Assembly (NCBI GenBank): GCA_964633825.1 | Contig: CAZWHE010000001.1 | Location: 8,895 to 72,894, forward strand | Direction: 5' to 3' | DNA length: 64,000 nt | Origin: an uncultured Phycisphaerales bacterium | Lineage (GTDB): Bacteria; Planctomycetota; B15-G4; CAYZWU01 | Part shown: in pieces, positions 27,875 to 38,734 of the stretch | Numbering within the stretch: position 1 is the first letter of the stretch | How the letters are laid out: each line of letters starts with the position of its first letter | Position numbers and translations under genes: made by a program | The notes under the pieces: generated by a model | What the model saw: only the letters and a program-made list of their open reading frames with translations | Told to the model about the DNA's origin: nothing | The model's database searches: none

Positions 27875-30667
27875 TTAGGGAGGAAGAGGCGTGTCCTCGG
27901 TGTCCTTCTCCGGCTTTTTCTCAGCGGTTCCTCCGGCCTCCTGGCTCAGGGTTCTCTTTTCCTTGACGATTTCAAAACTCTCGATCACATCGCCCGTTTT
28001 GATGTCGTTGTATCCTTTGATCTTCACCCCGCACTCATAACCCTCTTTGATCTCGCGCCTGTCATCCTGGATGTGTCTGAGGCTTTCGATCTCTCCTTCG
28101 TAAATAACAACCCCTTCTCTTACGAGGCGCACCCCGTTGCTGCGGCGAATCGTGCCGTCCGTCACATAGCAGCCCGCAATGTTGCCGAGCCGGGATGATT
28201 TAAAAACCTGGCGGATCTCGATATGAGCGGTGACACGCTCCTTTTCGATCGGTTTGAGAGCTCCCTCCATGGCCAGGCGGACATCCTCGAGGAGCTTGTA
28301 AATAACCCGGTAAGTCCTGAGATCGATCCTGTTTTCTTCGATCAATTTCCGGGCCTTCGTGTCCGGGATGACACGGAAGCCGATAATGATCGCATCGGAA
28401 GCCACCGCAAGCAGGACGTCCTCTTCGGTAATGGCTCCCACTCCGCTCCTGACGATCTTGATCTTCACCTCTTCGTGCTTCATCTCTTCGAAGGATTTCA
28501 AGAGCACCTCGAGAGAGCCCTTGACATCGGCCTTGACGACGATCCTGATCTCGGCCACCTTGCCCGCTTCAATCGATTCGAAGAGGTTTTCCAGCGTGAT
28601 GGCGCTTCTGTCGGGCGCGAGACGATCGGCGCGCTCCTTGTCCCGTCGGATTTTTGCGATTTCCCTGGCCTCATCGATATCTTCGACGCACACAAATCTT
28701 TCGCCGGCGTTGGGTAGGGTTTCGAATCCCTGCACATTGATGGGCAAGGCAGGACCGGCGGACTCGATCTTTTTACCCTTGTCGTCGATGATGTTCCTCG
28801 CGCGGCAGATCGAATCACCGGCCAGAATGTTATCGCGCAGGCGAACGGTGCCATCCGTCACGAGAAGGGTGACCACGTTGCCGATCACGTCGTCTTTTCT
28901 CGATTCGATCACGACCCCTCTGCCCCGGCTGTCGGGATGGGATCCGATCTCGAGCATTTCGGCTTCCAGAGCGAGGCGGTCGAGCAAATCATCCAGGCCC
29001 TGCCCGGTTTGAGCCGACACCTCGACACAACCCACCTCGCCTCCCCAGTCCTCGGTCATGACCCCCTGTCCGGCGAGCTGCTGCTTGACCTTCTGGGCAT
29101 TGGCGTCCGGCTTGTCCATCTTGTTGACGGCGACCACGATCGGGACACCGGCCGCTTGGGCGTGCTGGATCGCCTCCTCGGTCTGGGGCATGACTCCATC
29201 GTCTCCGGCAACGACGAGAATGACGATATCGGTGACATTGGCGCCGCGAGCTCTCATCTCGGTGAAGGCCTTGTGCCCGGGCGTATCGAGGAACGTGATC
29301 GACTTGCCCGAGGAAGGGGTCACCATGTATGCGCTGATGTGCTGGGTGATGCCTCCTTCTTCGGTGGCCACCACATCGGTTTTCCGTATGGTGTCGAGAA
29401 GGGACGTCTTGCCATGGTCCACATGACCGAGCAGCGTGACGATGGGCGGACGGGAAACGTTTCCCTTCTGCCGGGTCTCTTCGGTAAAACCTTCTTTCAT
29501 GAAGAACTCGTTTTCCAGATCCTTTTCCTCCAGAACCTCCACTTCTTTATTGAAATCAAGGGCGAGCTGGATGACATCTTCCTCCTCCAGCACCGAATTG
29601 ATGTGGGCCATCTCCCCTTTCTTCATAAGAGAGATAAGGATCTGCTGCGCTCTGATCCCGAGGAGATGGGAAAGTTCTTTCACGGTGACGGGGAGCTGGA
29701 CATCCACCTTCTTGTCAGGCAGCGGCGCAACGGTTTTTTTAACCGCTTTCTTTGTTCGCGAACCCCGAAAGACGGGGCGCCTCGTTTTGTAGCGTCTGTC
29801 CCAGTGGCCGATCCGGATATCCTGGAGAATCGGATCGTCGGCGTCGACATAGATGGTGCTCTGCTTGGGCTTGATGACCTTCTGGACCTTGTCATCCTGG
29901 AAACCTTCGCTTTTAGTTTCAGGTTCGAATTCTTTTTTGAACGTTCGATCCACCCCGGTCTTGCCGCCCAACATCTGGTCGAGATCCAGCTTGGGCCCGG
30001 ACTTTTCAGCAACCTTTTTGCCGGGTTCAGCCGGTTTATCTTTGCGCTTGCGCTCCTTCGCTTTTTTGTGAGCCTCGATCGTGGCGGCATCCAAATTGAT
30101 TCTTCCCAGAATCGTGGCGCTCGGTCTCCTTTTAGCGATCTTCTTGAGTTTTCTCTTACCGGTTGAGGTTTCTTTTTTCGTTTTTGGAATATCTTCTTCA
30201 ACAGAAGGTTTTTCTTTATCGGCAACGGCTACGGATTCTTCGCTCTTTTCTGCAGCAGTTCCGGGTTTCTCTTCTCCCACATGCTCATCCTCGGGAGCTT
30301 CCGCAACAGCGACCGCACCCTCGGCTTCGTCGATGATTTCCTCATCGCCGGCTGATTTCTTTTCTGTTTTCTTTGTGGTCTTTTTGGCCGCTTTCTTGGT
30401 CATCTTGGCCGCAGCTTTTTTCTTTGTTGTCTTTTTCTTGGCCGCTTTCTTCTTGGTTGTTTTTTTCTTCGCCTTCTCAGCCGCCTTCTTCTCTTCTTTA
30501 GCCTTCTTTTCCTCCAGGATTTCCTTCATGGCATACTGGAGAAGGGCCACCTCGCCTGCTTCAAGGTTCGAGGAGTGGCTCTTGATGTTCAAGCCGATCT
30601 CCTTGACCACAGCAAGCAGTTCCTTGCTGGAGACCTCCATCTCTTTCGCCAGTTCATGAAGCCTCAA
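27875..30667 (-). CDS. infB: Translation initiation factor IF-2
   Basis: [34 protein letters not shown]; TTG start; Lys/Ala/Thr-rich N-terminal linker. Confidence 0.98.
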   Translation of the reverse strand: MRLHELAKEMEVSSKELLAVVKEIGLNIKSHSSNLEAGEVALLQYAMKEILEEKKAKEEKKAAEKAKKKTTKKKAAKKKTTKKKAAAKMTKKAAKKTTKKTEKKSAGDEEIIDEAEGAVAVAEAPEDEHVGEEKPGTAAEKSEESVAVADKEKPSVEEDIPKTKKETSTGKRKLKKIAKRRPSATILGRINLDAATIEAHKKAKERKRKDKPAEPGKKVAEKSGPKLDLDQMLGGKTGVDRTFKKEFEPETKSEGFQDDKVQKVIKPKQSTIYVDADDPILQDIRIGHWDRRYKTRRPVFRGSRTKKAVKKTVAPLPDKKVDVQLPVTVKELSHLLGIRAQQILISLMKKGEMAHINSVLEEEDVIQLALDFNKEVEVLEEKDLENEFFMKEGFTEETRQKGNVSRPPIVTLLGHVDHGKTSLLDTIRKTDVVATEEGGITQHISAYMVTPSSGKSITFLDTPGHKAFTEMRARGANVTDIVILVVAGDDGVMPQTEEAIQHAQAAGVPIVVAVNKMDKPDANAQKVKQQLAGQGVMTEDWGGEVGCVEVSAQTGQGLDDLLDRLALEAEMLEIGSHPDSRGRGVVIESRKDDVIGNVVTLLVTDGTVRLRDNILAGDSICRARNIIDDKGKKIESAGPALPINVQGFETLPNAGERFVCVEDIDEAREIAKIRRDKERADRLAPDRSAITLENLFESIEAGKVAEIRIVVKADVKGSLEVLLKSFEEMKHEEVKIKIVRSGVGAITEEDVLLAVASDAIIIGFRVIPDTKARKLIEENRIDLRTYRVIYKLLEDVRLAMEGALKPIEKERVTAHIEIRQVFKSSRLGNIAGCYVTDGTIRRSNGVRLVREGVVIYEGEIESLRHIQDDRREIKEGYECGVKIKGYNDIKTGDVIESFEIVKEKRTLSQEAGGTAEKKPEKDTEDTPLPP

Positions 30668-30731
30668 CGTTCCCGAACCTCCTGGATCTCAACTCAGATC
30701 ATCAATTTCCTTTTACTGCGCCGACCGTCAT

Positions 30732-31943
30732 TCACCCCGTCTTTTCAGCTTCTTCGGCAGTGCCGGCATCTTCGGCGGTGCCGGCGTCTTCGGTTTCGCC
30801 GGCGTCTTCGGCAGTGCCGGCATCTTCGGCAGTGCCGGCATCTTCGGCAGTGCCGACATCTTCCTCCGAAGCGGAGATTTCCTCTTCTTTGGAAGATATT
30901 TTCTCATCCTTTTCCACCGCCGGTTCAGAATCGGACTCTCCAAGAAGGACCTTCCTGACCGCAGCGACTTCGGGGTCATCATCTTCAACCCCGGCATCCG
31001 ATTTCAGCTTATCAGTGACACCCTGAATCTTGATCTCCCAATCGGTCAATCTGCTGGCCAGCCTGACATTCTGCCCTTTGCGTCCGATAGCCAGTGACAG
31101 CTGGTCATCGGGAACAAGGACCTGAGCGATCTTCTCCCCTTCGACGAGAGTCATCGAATCGATCTGGGCCGGTCGGAGCGCGTTGATGATCAGGACCTCT
31201 AACGAATCGTTCCAGCGAATGATGTCTATACGTTCGTCGTTGAGCTCATCGGTGATCGATTTGATGCGTGTTCCCCTGATCCCGACGCAGGCACCGATGC
31301 AATCAACCCGCATGTCATAAGAAGAAACAGCGACCTTGGTCCTGAATCCGGCTTCCCGGGCGATTTTTTTGATCTCAATAATACCTTCGCCGATCTCGGG
31401 AACCTCGAGCTCAAAGAGCTTGGCGACAAAATCGGGGCTGGCTCTGGTCAGCAGGATCCTCACCCTCGGACCGGCTTTCTGCACATCGAATATCAAGGCC
31501 TTGATTCTCTCGCCGGGCTGATAGGTTTCACCCCGAATTCTCTCCAAACGGGGAAGAATTCCCTCGGTCCGCCCCAGGTTGACAATAACGTCGCCCCTCT
31601 CGATGCGCTGGACGGTTCCATTGACAAGATCGCCGACTTTGCTTTCGTACTCGCCGTAGACGACTTCACTCTCGGCTTCCCGGATCTTCTGGATGATCAC
31701 CTGTTTTGCAGTCTGGGCTTGAATCCGCCCCATATCCGGGTATTCAGCCTGGTACTCACCCTCGTAAACCTCTATTTCACCGGTCTCTCTGTCGATACGA
31801 ATCTCGATCTCACCTTCGGTTTCATGGCGTTTCATGATCGCAGACGCAATGGCGCCTTCGACGGCCTCAAAGAGGACCTCCTTGTCGATATCCTTTTCTT
31901 TATGAAGGACTTCTATCAATCTGACGAGTTCCGGACCATTCAT
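30732..31943 (-). CDS. nusA: Transcription termination/antitermination factor NusA with acidic repeat tail
   Basis: GRIQAQTAKQVI, AREAGFRTKVAV, ACVGIRGTRI, SLAIGRKGQNVRLA. Confidence 0.97.
   Translation of the reverse strand: MNGPELVRLIEVLHKEKDIDKEVLFEAVEGAIASAIMKRHETEGEIEIRIDRETGEIEVYEGEYQAEYPDMGRIQAQTAKQVIIQKIREAESEVVYGEYESKVGDLVNGTVQRIERGDVIVNLGRTEGILPRLERIRGETYQPGERIKALIFDVQKAGPRVRILLTRASPDFVAKLFELEVPEIGEGIIEIKKIAREAGFRTKVAVSSYDMRVDCIGACVGIRGTRIKSITDELNDERIDIIRWNDSLEVLIINALRPAQIDSMTLVEGEKIAQVLVPDDQLSLAIGRKGQNVRLASRLTDWEIKIQGVTDKLKSDAGVEDDDPEVAAVRKVLLGESDSEPAVEKDEKISSKEEEISASEEDVGTAEDAGTAEDAGTAEDAGETEDAGTAEDAGTAEEAEKTG
30751..30863. repeat. About six 18-bp in-frame repeats (AEDAGT) at the nusA 3' end
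   Basis: TCTTCGGCAGTGCCGGCA units with small variations. Confidence 0.9.
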
Positions 31944-32046
31944 GGCTTAACCCCACTCTAGACACCGCTGAGAATAACGGAATTCAATAGACCCAAATCA
32001 CATTACATTCCGCCGTAAATACGGTGCGGTCCATGCCACTTGTTCC

Positions 32047-32073
32047 AAAAGAAAAAGGGGGTCAAATGACCCC
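32047..32073 (-). terminator. Intrinsic terminator inside the nusA leader
   Basis: GGGGTC-ATTT-GACCCC then CTTTTTCTTTT, between the promoter (32109-32137) and the nusA ATG. Confidence 0.6.
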
Positions 32074-32108
32074 GCTTTGATTCTGACAAGCGGTCTAATT
32101 CATTTATT

Positions 32109-32137
32109 ATGCTAAGAAGGCTTTAAAAATCCGTCAA
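32109..32137 (-). promoter_or_regulatory. Sigma70-type promoter of the nusA-infB operon
   Basis: TTGACG-N17-TAGCAT with an AT-rich upstream region. Confidence 0.6.
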
Positions 32138-32311
32138 GGCTTATTATTAAATAAATAAGGGAGCTTCTCCAAATCGATTTATCTTCTTCATTCGATGAAA
32201 ATATCTGATCAAGACCCAAAGATGAAGCTCCTGCTGGATATCGGTACATCATCTTGTTAAAACAGATGTTAGGTACAGATATCAGCCGGTTGACCAGGAC
32301 AAAACAAAACC

Positions 32312-34465
32312 ATGAGATTTTTCTTCTACACAATCCGGAAAAATACGCTCAAGCGGATTTTTCACCCACTTATCGTGACAGTCGTGATCTCGGCCGCAGG
32401 CCCGGCACACGAATCGACTCAAAAAGGGAATAGGGTTGAAACAACACCCCTTATTCAAGATTTAGGCTCGCCTTTTTTCATCGTCAGGGACCGGGCCGGT
32501 AAAAAAGTTCGTGAAATGAACACAAAGGCCGTTCCGCTCCTGCTCGAAGGGCTCGAGAACAGCGATCCCCTTGTCCGCAGGAACTGTATCACACTCCTCA
32601 ACGATATCATTCCCCACACTCTCATTAACGACCGAATCGAGGTTTTTCTCGATCAAAGCGACCAGGCTGCGGCCCTGGAAGCGGTCCGTTTTCTGGCAGC
32701 CCATCCCATTCCCGGCGAAAAAGAGTACAAGAGATGGGTCCGCGATACGCTCAGCAAGGGAACAACGTCGATCAGATCGGCTTTTCTCTCCGGAATAAGG
32801 TGGCCGGCTCTCCCATGCCAAACCGGCTTGATCGTCGAAGCCCTCCCCGAGCTCCCCTCCCGCCTCCGCCCGGTAGCGATCCGGGCCCTTTCGAAGGGAG
32901 AGCGCGCGGACGCCGCGCTCCGCCTGAAAGAGTGCTTTCTTCTGATCCGGAAAGGGCTCCTCGAAGAGCACCACCTGCCCGTCCTCCTCGAAAGCTTGGA
33001 AGATTGCGTTACGCCCGATTCGATCGACGTCATTGCCCAATGCATTCCGGCCACCTCGCTCCTTGTCGGCGAAAAGGCCTGGAAAGCGCTTTCAGCCCTG
33101 AGAATCCACTTGTTCCGATTGAGAGACTTCGAAGGATTGATCAGCCTCAACAAAACCCTTTGCCGGCTCTTTCCCGAGGAAACGGAATACACCCTCGACC
33201 TGGCCGACTCGATCCTGCTTTATCGAAAAGATCCAATCGAAGCCGTGACGCTTCTCGAAAAATTGAAGAACCGGCTGGAAGGGAATTCCTCCACAAAGTC
33301 GGTCCTGCAGCTGACCGAAGCCCACCAGGGGCTGGCCATTGCCGCGTTCAGGGCCGGCGGCGATTGGAAGCCTCATCTCCAAACTCTCCCCGCCGGCTTG
33401 GAGAAGACGCCCGGCGATTACTGCGCTTGGGGTTTGGCTCGAGCCATCCTTCTCAGGGGGACCCTCCTCGCCGTGGAAGGAGAGAACGCCGTCACCGTCC
33501 TCGAACAGGCTGTCGACATCGCGCCGTTCGAACAGGACAAGGTTGCCATTGATTCCTGCTTGTCGGGAAGGTTCGGCGTGTCGGGCCTTCTCTGGAGACT
33601 CAGCCGGGATGGACGGCTGCACCGCTGCCATGTCGTTCACTCGCAGCTCATCGCGGCGGTGCGGAAGGACAAATCCCGAGCCCGGTCCCGCATCCCCTTC
33701 GATTCCGCGGCGTTCACAAGATACGATTACGGAGAACCCGCTTTTGCCGCCAGACTGCTCAGAACCTTCATCAAGAGAGTCGAGGAATCGGGAGTGTGGA
33801 ACAGCCTCGACCTGGCGGGACAAGCCTGTTTCGTTCTCGGCGCAGCGGAAATGGACATCAGGGACTTTGCGCGCGCACGTGACAGCATCGGCAAAGGAAT
33901 CAGAATATACGAAGGGCTCCTGGCAGAGTACAGGGCGGAAAGCAAGAAGAATCCTCGTGAAGCCTTCGACGACCTCATCAGGACAGCCAACCGCCGGAAA
34001 GCCCTGGGCCTGCTTCAGATGGCCACTCTCAACACTATTGAAGAAAAAGACGCCTCTCTCGCGGGAGAAGATGCCTCTCTCGCGAGAGAAGATGCCTCCC
34101 TAACGGGAGAAGACGCCTCCCCGAAAACGGCCGGCCTGGTGAGGGCGGCCGCCTTCCTGGCCCCTGAGCTCGTGGAAGTGCGGATGGCCCGGGCTCTCGT
34201 GCTGGCAAGGGCCGGACAGGCCGTCCCGGCCGAAAGGATCGCGAATGCTGTTGAGGAATATGCGGAACAGTATTATAATAAAGCATGTCTTTTTGCCCTC
34301 ATCGGAAAGAAAGACAAGGCCTTTAAGTACCTCTCCCGTCATTTCGGAGAGCACGTTCGGCCCGCGAGGATGCACCTGGCCCGCAATTATGCCCTGGCTG
34401 ATCCCGATCTGGCCGCGCTGCGGCAGAACCGGCGTTTTCTCGAGCTAGTTGGAGCCGTGAAATGA
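32312..34465 (+). CDS. HEAT-repeat plus TPR protein (start uncertain)
   Basis: AVPLLLEGLENSDPLVRRNC HEAT motif; C-terminal YYNKACLFALIG..A..DPDLAAL TPR cap. Confidence 0.75.
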   Translation: MRFFFYTIRKNTLKRIFHPLIVTVVISAAGPAHESTQKGNRVETTPLIQDLGSPFFIVRDRAGKKVREMNTKAVPLLLEGLENSDPLVRRNCITLLNDIIPHTLINDRIEVFLDQSDQAAALEAVRFLAAHPIPGEKEYKRWVRDTLSKGTTSIRSAFLSGIRWPALPCQTGLIVEALPELPSRLRPVAIRALSKGERADAALRLKECFLLIRKGLLEEHHLPVLLESLEDCVTPDSIDVIAQCIPATSLLVGEKAWKALSALRIHLFRLRDFEGLISLNKTLCRLFPEETEYTLDLADSILLYRKDPIEAVTLLEKLKNRLEGNSSTKSVLQLTEAHQGLAIAAFRAGGDWKPHLQTLPAGLEKTPGDYCAWGLARAILLRGTLLAVEGENAVTVLEQAVDIAPFEQDKVAIDSCLSGRFGVSGLLWRLSRDGRLHRCHVVHSQLIAAVRKDKSRARSRIPFDSAAFTRYDYGEPAFAARLLRTFIKRVEESGVWNSLDLAGQACFVLGAAEMDIRDFARARDSIGKGIRIYEGLLAEYRAESKKNPREAFDDLIRTANRRKALGLLQMATLNTIEEKDASLAGEDASLAREDASLTGEDASPKTAGLVRAAAFLAPELVEVRMARALVLARAGQAVPAERIANAVEEYAEQYYNKACLFALIGKKDKAFKYLSRHFGEHVRPARMHLARNYALADPDLAALRQNRRFLELVGAVK
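34049..34120. repeat. In-frame 21-bp tandem repeat (DASLAGE-like, about 3.5 copies)
   Basis: GACGCCTCTCTCGCGGGAGAA and variants. Confidence 0.85.
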
Positions 34466-34668
34466 CCATCTCCGTCATGGTAAACGGAAAAAAAACGAAG
34501 CTGGATGGAGAAATAACCGTGCGTGAGCTTCTCGATCATCTCGAGATCGCTTCCCCGGCTCTGGCCGTAGAGATCAACCAGAAGATCATAAAGAAAAAAG
34601 ACCACGACACGGTCGCCGTCAGTGACGGCGACAGGATCGAAATCGTCACTTTTGTAGGAGGAGGATAG
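34462..34668 (+). CDS. thiS: Sulfur carrier protein ThiS
   Basis: 68 aa ubiquitin-like protein ending [10 protein letters not shown]; adjacent to thiG. Confidence 0.95.
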   Translation: MTISVMVNGKKTKLDGEITVRELLDHLEIASPALAVEINQKIIKKKDHDTVAVSDGDRIEIVTFVGGG

Positions 34669-34672
34669 CGCC

Positions 34673-35452
34673 ATGGAGGACAAGCCTCTTCGGATCGGCA
34701 AGCACACTTTCCAATCGCGCCTCTTCGTAGGCACGGGCAAATACGAAACCTTTCCCCTCATGGCCGACGCCCTCGAAGCCTCGGGCACCGAAGTCGTCAC
34801 CGTGGCGGTGCGGCGCGTCAACCTGGACGGTTCCGGCGAAAGCCTCCTCGACTATGTGGACAGGGACAAATACACGATCCTGCCGAACACGGCCGGATGC
34901 TTCACGGCCGACGATGCCGTTCGCACGGCTTTCATGGCCCGCGAGGCCGGGCTGTCGGACCTGGTCAAGCTCGAGGTGCTGGGCGACAAGATCTCGCTCA
35001 TGCCCGACATCGTCGCCACGATCGAAGCGACGGAGATCCTCGTCAAGGAGGGTTTCACCGTCCTTGTTTACACCAACGACGACCCGATCACGGCCCTCCG
35101 GATCGAGGACGCCGGCGCGGCGGCCGTCATGCCCCTCGGCTCACCGATCGGTTCGGGGCAGGGGATCCTCAACTCGATCAACATCAGCCTCATCGTTCAA
35201 AACGTGAAGGCGCCCGTAATCGTGGACGCCGGGGTCGGAACGGCCTCGGACGTTTCCGTCGCCATGGAGCTCGGCGCGGACGGCGTGCTCCTCAACACCG
35301 GGATCGCTCTCGCCGAAAATCCCGTGCTCATGGCGAGCGCCATGAACCACGCCTGCGTTTCGGGGCGCCGGGCCTTTCTCGCGGGACGGATTCCGAAGAA
35401 GGATTTCGGCGCGCCGTCGTCGCCCGCGACCGGAATCGCAACAGATTCGTGA
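34673..35452 (+). CDS. thiG: Thiazole synthase ThiG
   Basis: [31 protein letters not shown]. Confidence 0.97.
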   Translation: MEDKPLRIGKHTFQSRLFVGTGKYETFPLMADALEASGTEVVTVAVRRVNLDGSGESLLDYVDRDKYTILPNTAGCFTADDAVRTAFMAREAGLSDLVKLEVLGDKISLMPDIVATIEATEILVKEGFTVLVYTNDDPITALRIEDAGAAAVMPLGSPIGSGQGILNSINISLIVQNVKAPVIVDAGVGTASDVSVAMELGADGVLLNTGIALAENPVLMASAMNHACVSGRRAFLAGRIPKKDFGAPSSPATGIATDS

Positions 35453-35467
35453 TCCGGACACCGACCG

Positions 35468-36673
35468 ATGTATGACACCGACGAGAACGAAAAAGAACCC
35501 TGCCCGGAATGCGCCTGCCCGGCCTGTTTCGACGGAGAGCTTTCCGAATCCGGAATGCTCGACACCAAGGGGCTCGACAGGGTGACACGCTTTGCGTCCC
35601 TTGAAGAAACAACATACGCCGACGTGGAAACGGCATTCCGTGAATCGGGCGCCGGAGATTTCCGACCCTCCCCCTCGGTGAAACACGACCCCCGCTCTGG
35701 CATCCGCATATCCTATTCAGAAGCGCGGAGATCGAGGCCGCTCTCCCGTGAAAAGGCCGCGGAAAAGGGCGGCACGGCGGTTCCGGAAGACGGCCGGGAA
35801 GCCCCGGAAGACGGCCGGGAAGCCTTGGGCTGTATCGTCTGCGAGGGCCGCCTCACTCCCGTCATCGACAGGGCCCCTCTCTCCGAGGGTGAAACCTTCA
35901 TCAACCCGAATCTTTTTCCGCTCGTTTATCCTTTCAAAGAAAACAACGGCCGGAACCTTGGCATGCATTTCCTCCAGTGGTGCTCCACTCTTCACGATGT
36001 GGACATTCACAACATGTTCCCCAAGGACCTCGAAGCCGTTCTCAGGAGACTCGCCGTGCTCGAAGAATTTCTCCTCCACGGCGGAGCGAAATCATTTCCC
36101 GAATCAGGAGGCGGCCACAGGGGCTATGCCGTGATCATGAAGAACCGCGGATTCAAAGTCGGCGGGTCGGTGGAGCACGGACACCAGCAGATCGCCCACG
36201 TTTCCCACATGCCGCGATCCATCGCTGCGGACAGCGACTTTCTCGAGAGGGAGGGGAAAACCTACGCGTCGCACATTCGCTGGGCCGCCGGCGCCGCTGG
36301 GCTCACGGCGGCCGAGTACCCCGGCAATGTGTCGGCCGTGATCCCGCCCGCCATGCGGCGCCCCCTCGAAGCCGCGATCATTCCGCCCGACGGCGGCGGC
36401 GAATACCTACACCATCTCGAGGAGGAGGTTCTCATTGGTTTGGCCCGGGCGCTCCGGGAGATGACGGGCGCGCTTTATCTCCTCATGACCTCCCGGAACC
36501 TGACCTTTGATTACAACCTCGCTTTTCACACGGGGCCGCTGGGCCTGCTCTACATCGAAATTCTTCCTTGGACCCAGCCCTACGGCGGATTCGAACATCT
36601 CGGACATTTCCTCTGCCAGGAAGAACCCGAAACAACGGCCCGCTGCTATAGAGAAGTGCTCGGATTCGAATAA
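35468..36673 (+). CDS. GalT-like (HIT superfamily) nucleotidyltransferase
   Basis: ARRSRP, CIVC, INPNLFP, GGSVEHGHQQ (HxHxQ). Confidence 0.75.
   Translation: MYDTDENEKEPCPECACPACFDGELSESGMLDTKGLDRVTRFASLEETTYADVETAFRESGAGDFRPSPSVKHDPRSGIRISYSEARRSRPLSREKAAEKGGTAVPEDGREAPEDGREALGCIVCEGRLTPVIDRAPLSEGETFINPNLFPLVYPFKENNGRNLGMHFLQWCSTLHDVDIHNMFPKDLEAVLRRLAVLEEFLLHGGAKSFPESGGGHRGYAVIMKNRGFKVGGSVEHGHQQIAHVSHMPRSIAADSDFLEREGKTYASHIRWAAGAAGLTAAEYPGNVSAVIPPAMRRPLEAAIIPPDGGGEYLHHLEEEVLIGLARALREMTGALYLLMTSRNLTFDYNLAFHTGPLGLLYIEILPWTQPYGGFEHLGHFLCQEEPETTARCYREVLGFE
35783..35824. repeat. Perfect in-frame 21-bp duplication (PEDGREA x2)
   Basis: CCGGAAGACGGCCGGGAAGCC twice. Confidence 0.9.
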
Positions 36674-36682
36674 GGAGTCAAC

Positions 36683-38701
36683 ATGGACATCATCAGGATA
36701 ATCATCAAATCGACTGTGAAAACACTTCTTCTCTTTACTCTTCCGTCGTGCCTTTTCCTGGCGGCGGCGCCGGCGCACGGTGAAATCATCGCCGGCCCCT
36801 GGCTTCAAAAAGCGGGGCCCGATCGGATCACGGTCATGTGGGAAACGGACACAGCGGGAGAGAGCTATGTCGATTACGGACCCGATGACACATACGGACT
36901 CACCGCCGGGTCGCCCACGCCGGTCCTGATCCACGAAGTGGAAATCACGGGCCTTCAGACGGACTACGAATACCACTACCGCGTGCGCACCGGCGCCGCA
37001 ACGAGCGCGGACAACGTGTTCCGCACGGCTCCCCCAAAAGGGAGCTCGGGATTCCGTTTCATCGCCTACGGCGACAGCCGGACCAACGAATGGATTCACA
37101 CCGAGGTCGCACTGGCCATGGACGGGATCTCGGACAGGGCTTTCATCCTGAGCTCGGGCGACATCGTTCCCAGCTCCGGATCGGGGGCCGACAAGTTCCG
37201 CGAAGACTTCTTCGGACCGCTTGCCGGCGTGATCTGCGAAACGCCGATCTATGTGGCACGGGGCAACCACGAGGGCACAAACCCGCTCTTCGTACAGTAT
37301 TTCGCCCATCCCTCGGCCGGATCGGGAAGCGAAGACTACTTCTCGTTCGACTACGGAAACGTCCACGTGATCGCCCTCGACACGAACCAGGCCTACGGCA
37401 CGGGAAGCGCGCAGAGGACCTGGCTCGAGAGCGACCTGATCGCGTCATCGACGGACCCGGACGTGGACTGGATCATCGCCGTCTTCCACCACCCTCCCTA
37501 CTCGACGGGGAGCCACGGATCGTCCACAAGCGTCCGCAGTGCGCTCTGCCCGCTTTTCGAGACCTATGGAGTGAACGTCGTCTTCAACGGCCACGACCAT
37601 GATTACGAACGAGTCGAGGAGCAGAACGGCGTTGTCTACATCGTGACCGGCGGAGGAGGCGCCGGCCTCCGAGACCAGGGGACGCCGCTGTCGTGGAGCG
37701 TTTGCTTCCACAAGCTCCATAATTTCGTCACCGTGGACGTGACCGAGACGGAGCTCACCATCGTTGCGAGAGGCGTTCAAAATCCCGGCCATCCCGACGG
37801 CGATCTCATCGACTCCGTCGTCATCACGAAGGACCCGGTCTGGTCTCCCACGGCACTGGCCGGACCGGACCAGACCGCTGACCTTGGTACCGTGGTCACC
37901 CTCGACGGAACAGGGTCCTACGACGGCGAGGGCGATCTTTTTACTTTTTCCTGGAGCCAGGTCGGAGGACCGAGGACAGCGCTTGTAAATTCCGGCGCTG
38001 ACCAGCCTTCTTTCGTGCCCCGCTTGCCGGGCATTTACGAGTTCCAACTCCTTTGCACCGAAGCGGGCAGCGTGGACAGCGCCCCCGACAGGGTCCGTGC
38101 GGGAATCAAAAACCCCGAAACCGGCGGGGACGCGATTGCCAAAACCGCGGCGGACACGTGGATCGATTCGGTCAATCCGGACACGAACTACGGTTCTTCG
38201 GCCACACTCGAGGTGGACGCCTCCCCTTATAAACTGATTTATATCCGCTTCGATATTCCCGCCCTGAACGGAGCCCTTGTCAGCGCGAAACTCCGTTTTT
38301 ACTGCTCGAACAGCTCCGGCTTCGGCGGATATGTCCGGGTTTTCTCGGACACGGCATGGAACGAGAACACGCCGACATGGAACAATCCCCTCGTTCTCGA
38401 CGGACCGGCCGTGGCTATTTTCGACGCCGTGAGCTTCGGATCCTGGGCGGAAACCGATATCACGGCCGCTCTCCCCAATTTCTGGAAGACGCCGGGTCCT
38501 CTCTCGCTGGCAATCTGTCCGGCCGCAACGGACGGCGCCGACTACCACTCGAAAGAAGGCGCGAACAGCCCGGAGCTTGTTTTGACCTATTCGGGAAAAT
38601 CCTTTCCCCTTCATCCCGAAGGGGGACCGATGCAAGAATCGAAAGGACCCTCCGAACAAGAGGCGCCGGCTCCGGGCAACCTGAAGCCGCCCGGATATTG
38701 A
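36683..38701 (+). CDS. Secreted purple-acid-phosphatase-like metallophosphoesterase with FN3, PKD-like and DNRLRE/CBM96-like domains
   Basis: Signal peptide; GDSR, GDIV, GNHE, HHP, GHDH motifs; AGPDQT..VTLDGTGS; AADTWID..PDTNYG..IYIRFD. Confidence 0.85.
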   Translation: MDIIRIIIKSTVKTLLLFTLPSCLFLAAAPAHGEIIAGPWLQKAGPDRITVMWETDTAGESYVDYGPDDTYGLTAGSPTPVLIHEVEITGLQTDYEYHYRVRTGAATSADNVFRTAPPKGSSGFRFIAYGDSRTNEWIHTEVALAMDGISDRAFILSSGDIVPSSGSGADKFREDFFGPLAGVICETPIYVARGNHEGTNPLFVQYFAHPSAGSGSEDYFSFDYGNVHVIALDTNQAYGTGSAQRTWLESDLIASSTDPDVDWIIAVFHHPPYSTGSHGSSTSVRSALCPLFETYGVNVVFNGHDHDYERVEEQNGVVYIVTGGGGAGLRDQGTPLSWSVCFHKLHNFVTVDVTETELTIVARGVQNPGHPDGDLIDSVVITKDPVWSPTALAGPDQTADLGTVVTLDGTGSYDGEGDLFTFSWSQVGGPRTALVNSGADQPSFVPRLPGIYEFQLLCTEAGSVDSAPDRVRAGIKNPETGGDAIAKTAADTWIDSVNPDTNYGSSATLEVDASPYKLIYIRFDIPALNGALVSAKLRFYCSNSSGFGGYVRVFSDTAWNENTPTWNNPLVLDGPAVAIFDAVSFGSWAETDITAALPNFWKTPGPLSLAICPAATDGADYHSKEGANSPELVLTYSGKSFPLHPEGGPMQESKGPSEQEAPAPGNLKPPGY

Positions 38702-38734
38702 CCCGGTTAATCGCGGTCCGCAATAAATTTCGGA

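Noticed and set aside
30751-30863. Regular short repeats as a possible CRISPR array
   Set aside because: Units are contiguous 18-mers with no unique spacers, lie in frame in nusA, and no cas genes are present.
32225-32290. Nested partial palindromes (GATATC..GATATC, CATCTTGTT/AACAGATG) as an ncRNA
   Set aside because: Pairing needs several bulges in an AT-rich spacer; not distinguishable from chance by eye.
31944-34461. TPP riboswitch for thiS-thiG
   Set aside because: No CTGAGA / CCTGA..GGATAATGCC core seen; thiS is directly coupled to the preceding CDS.
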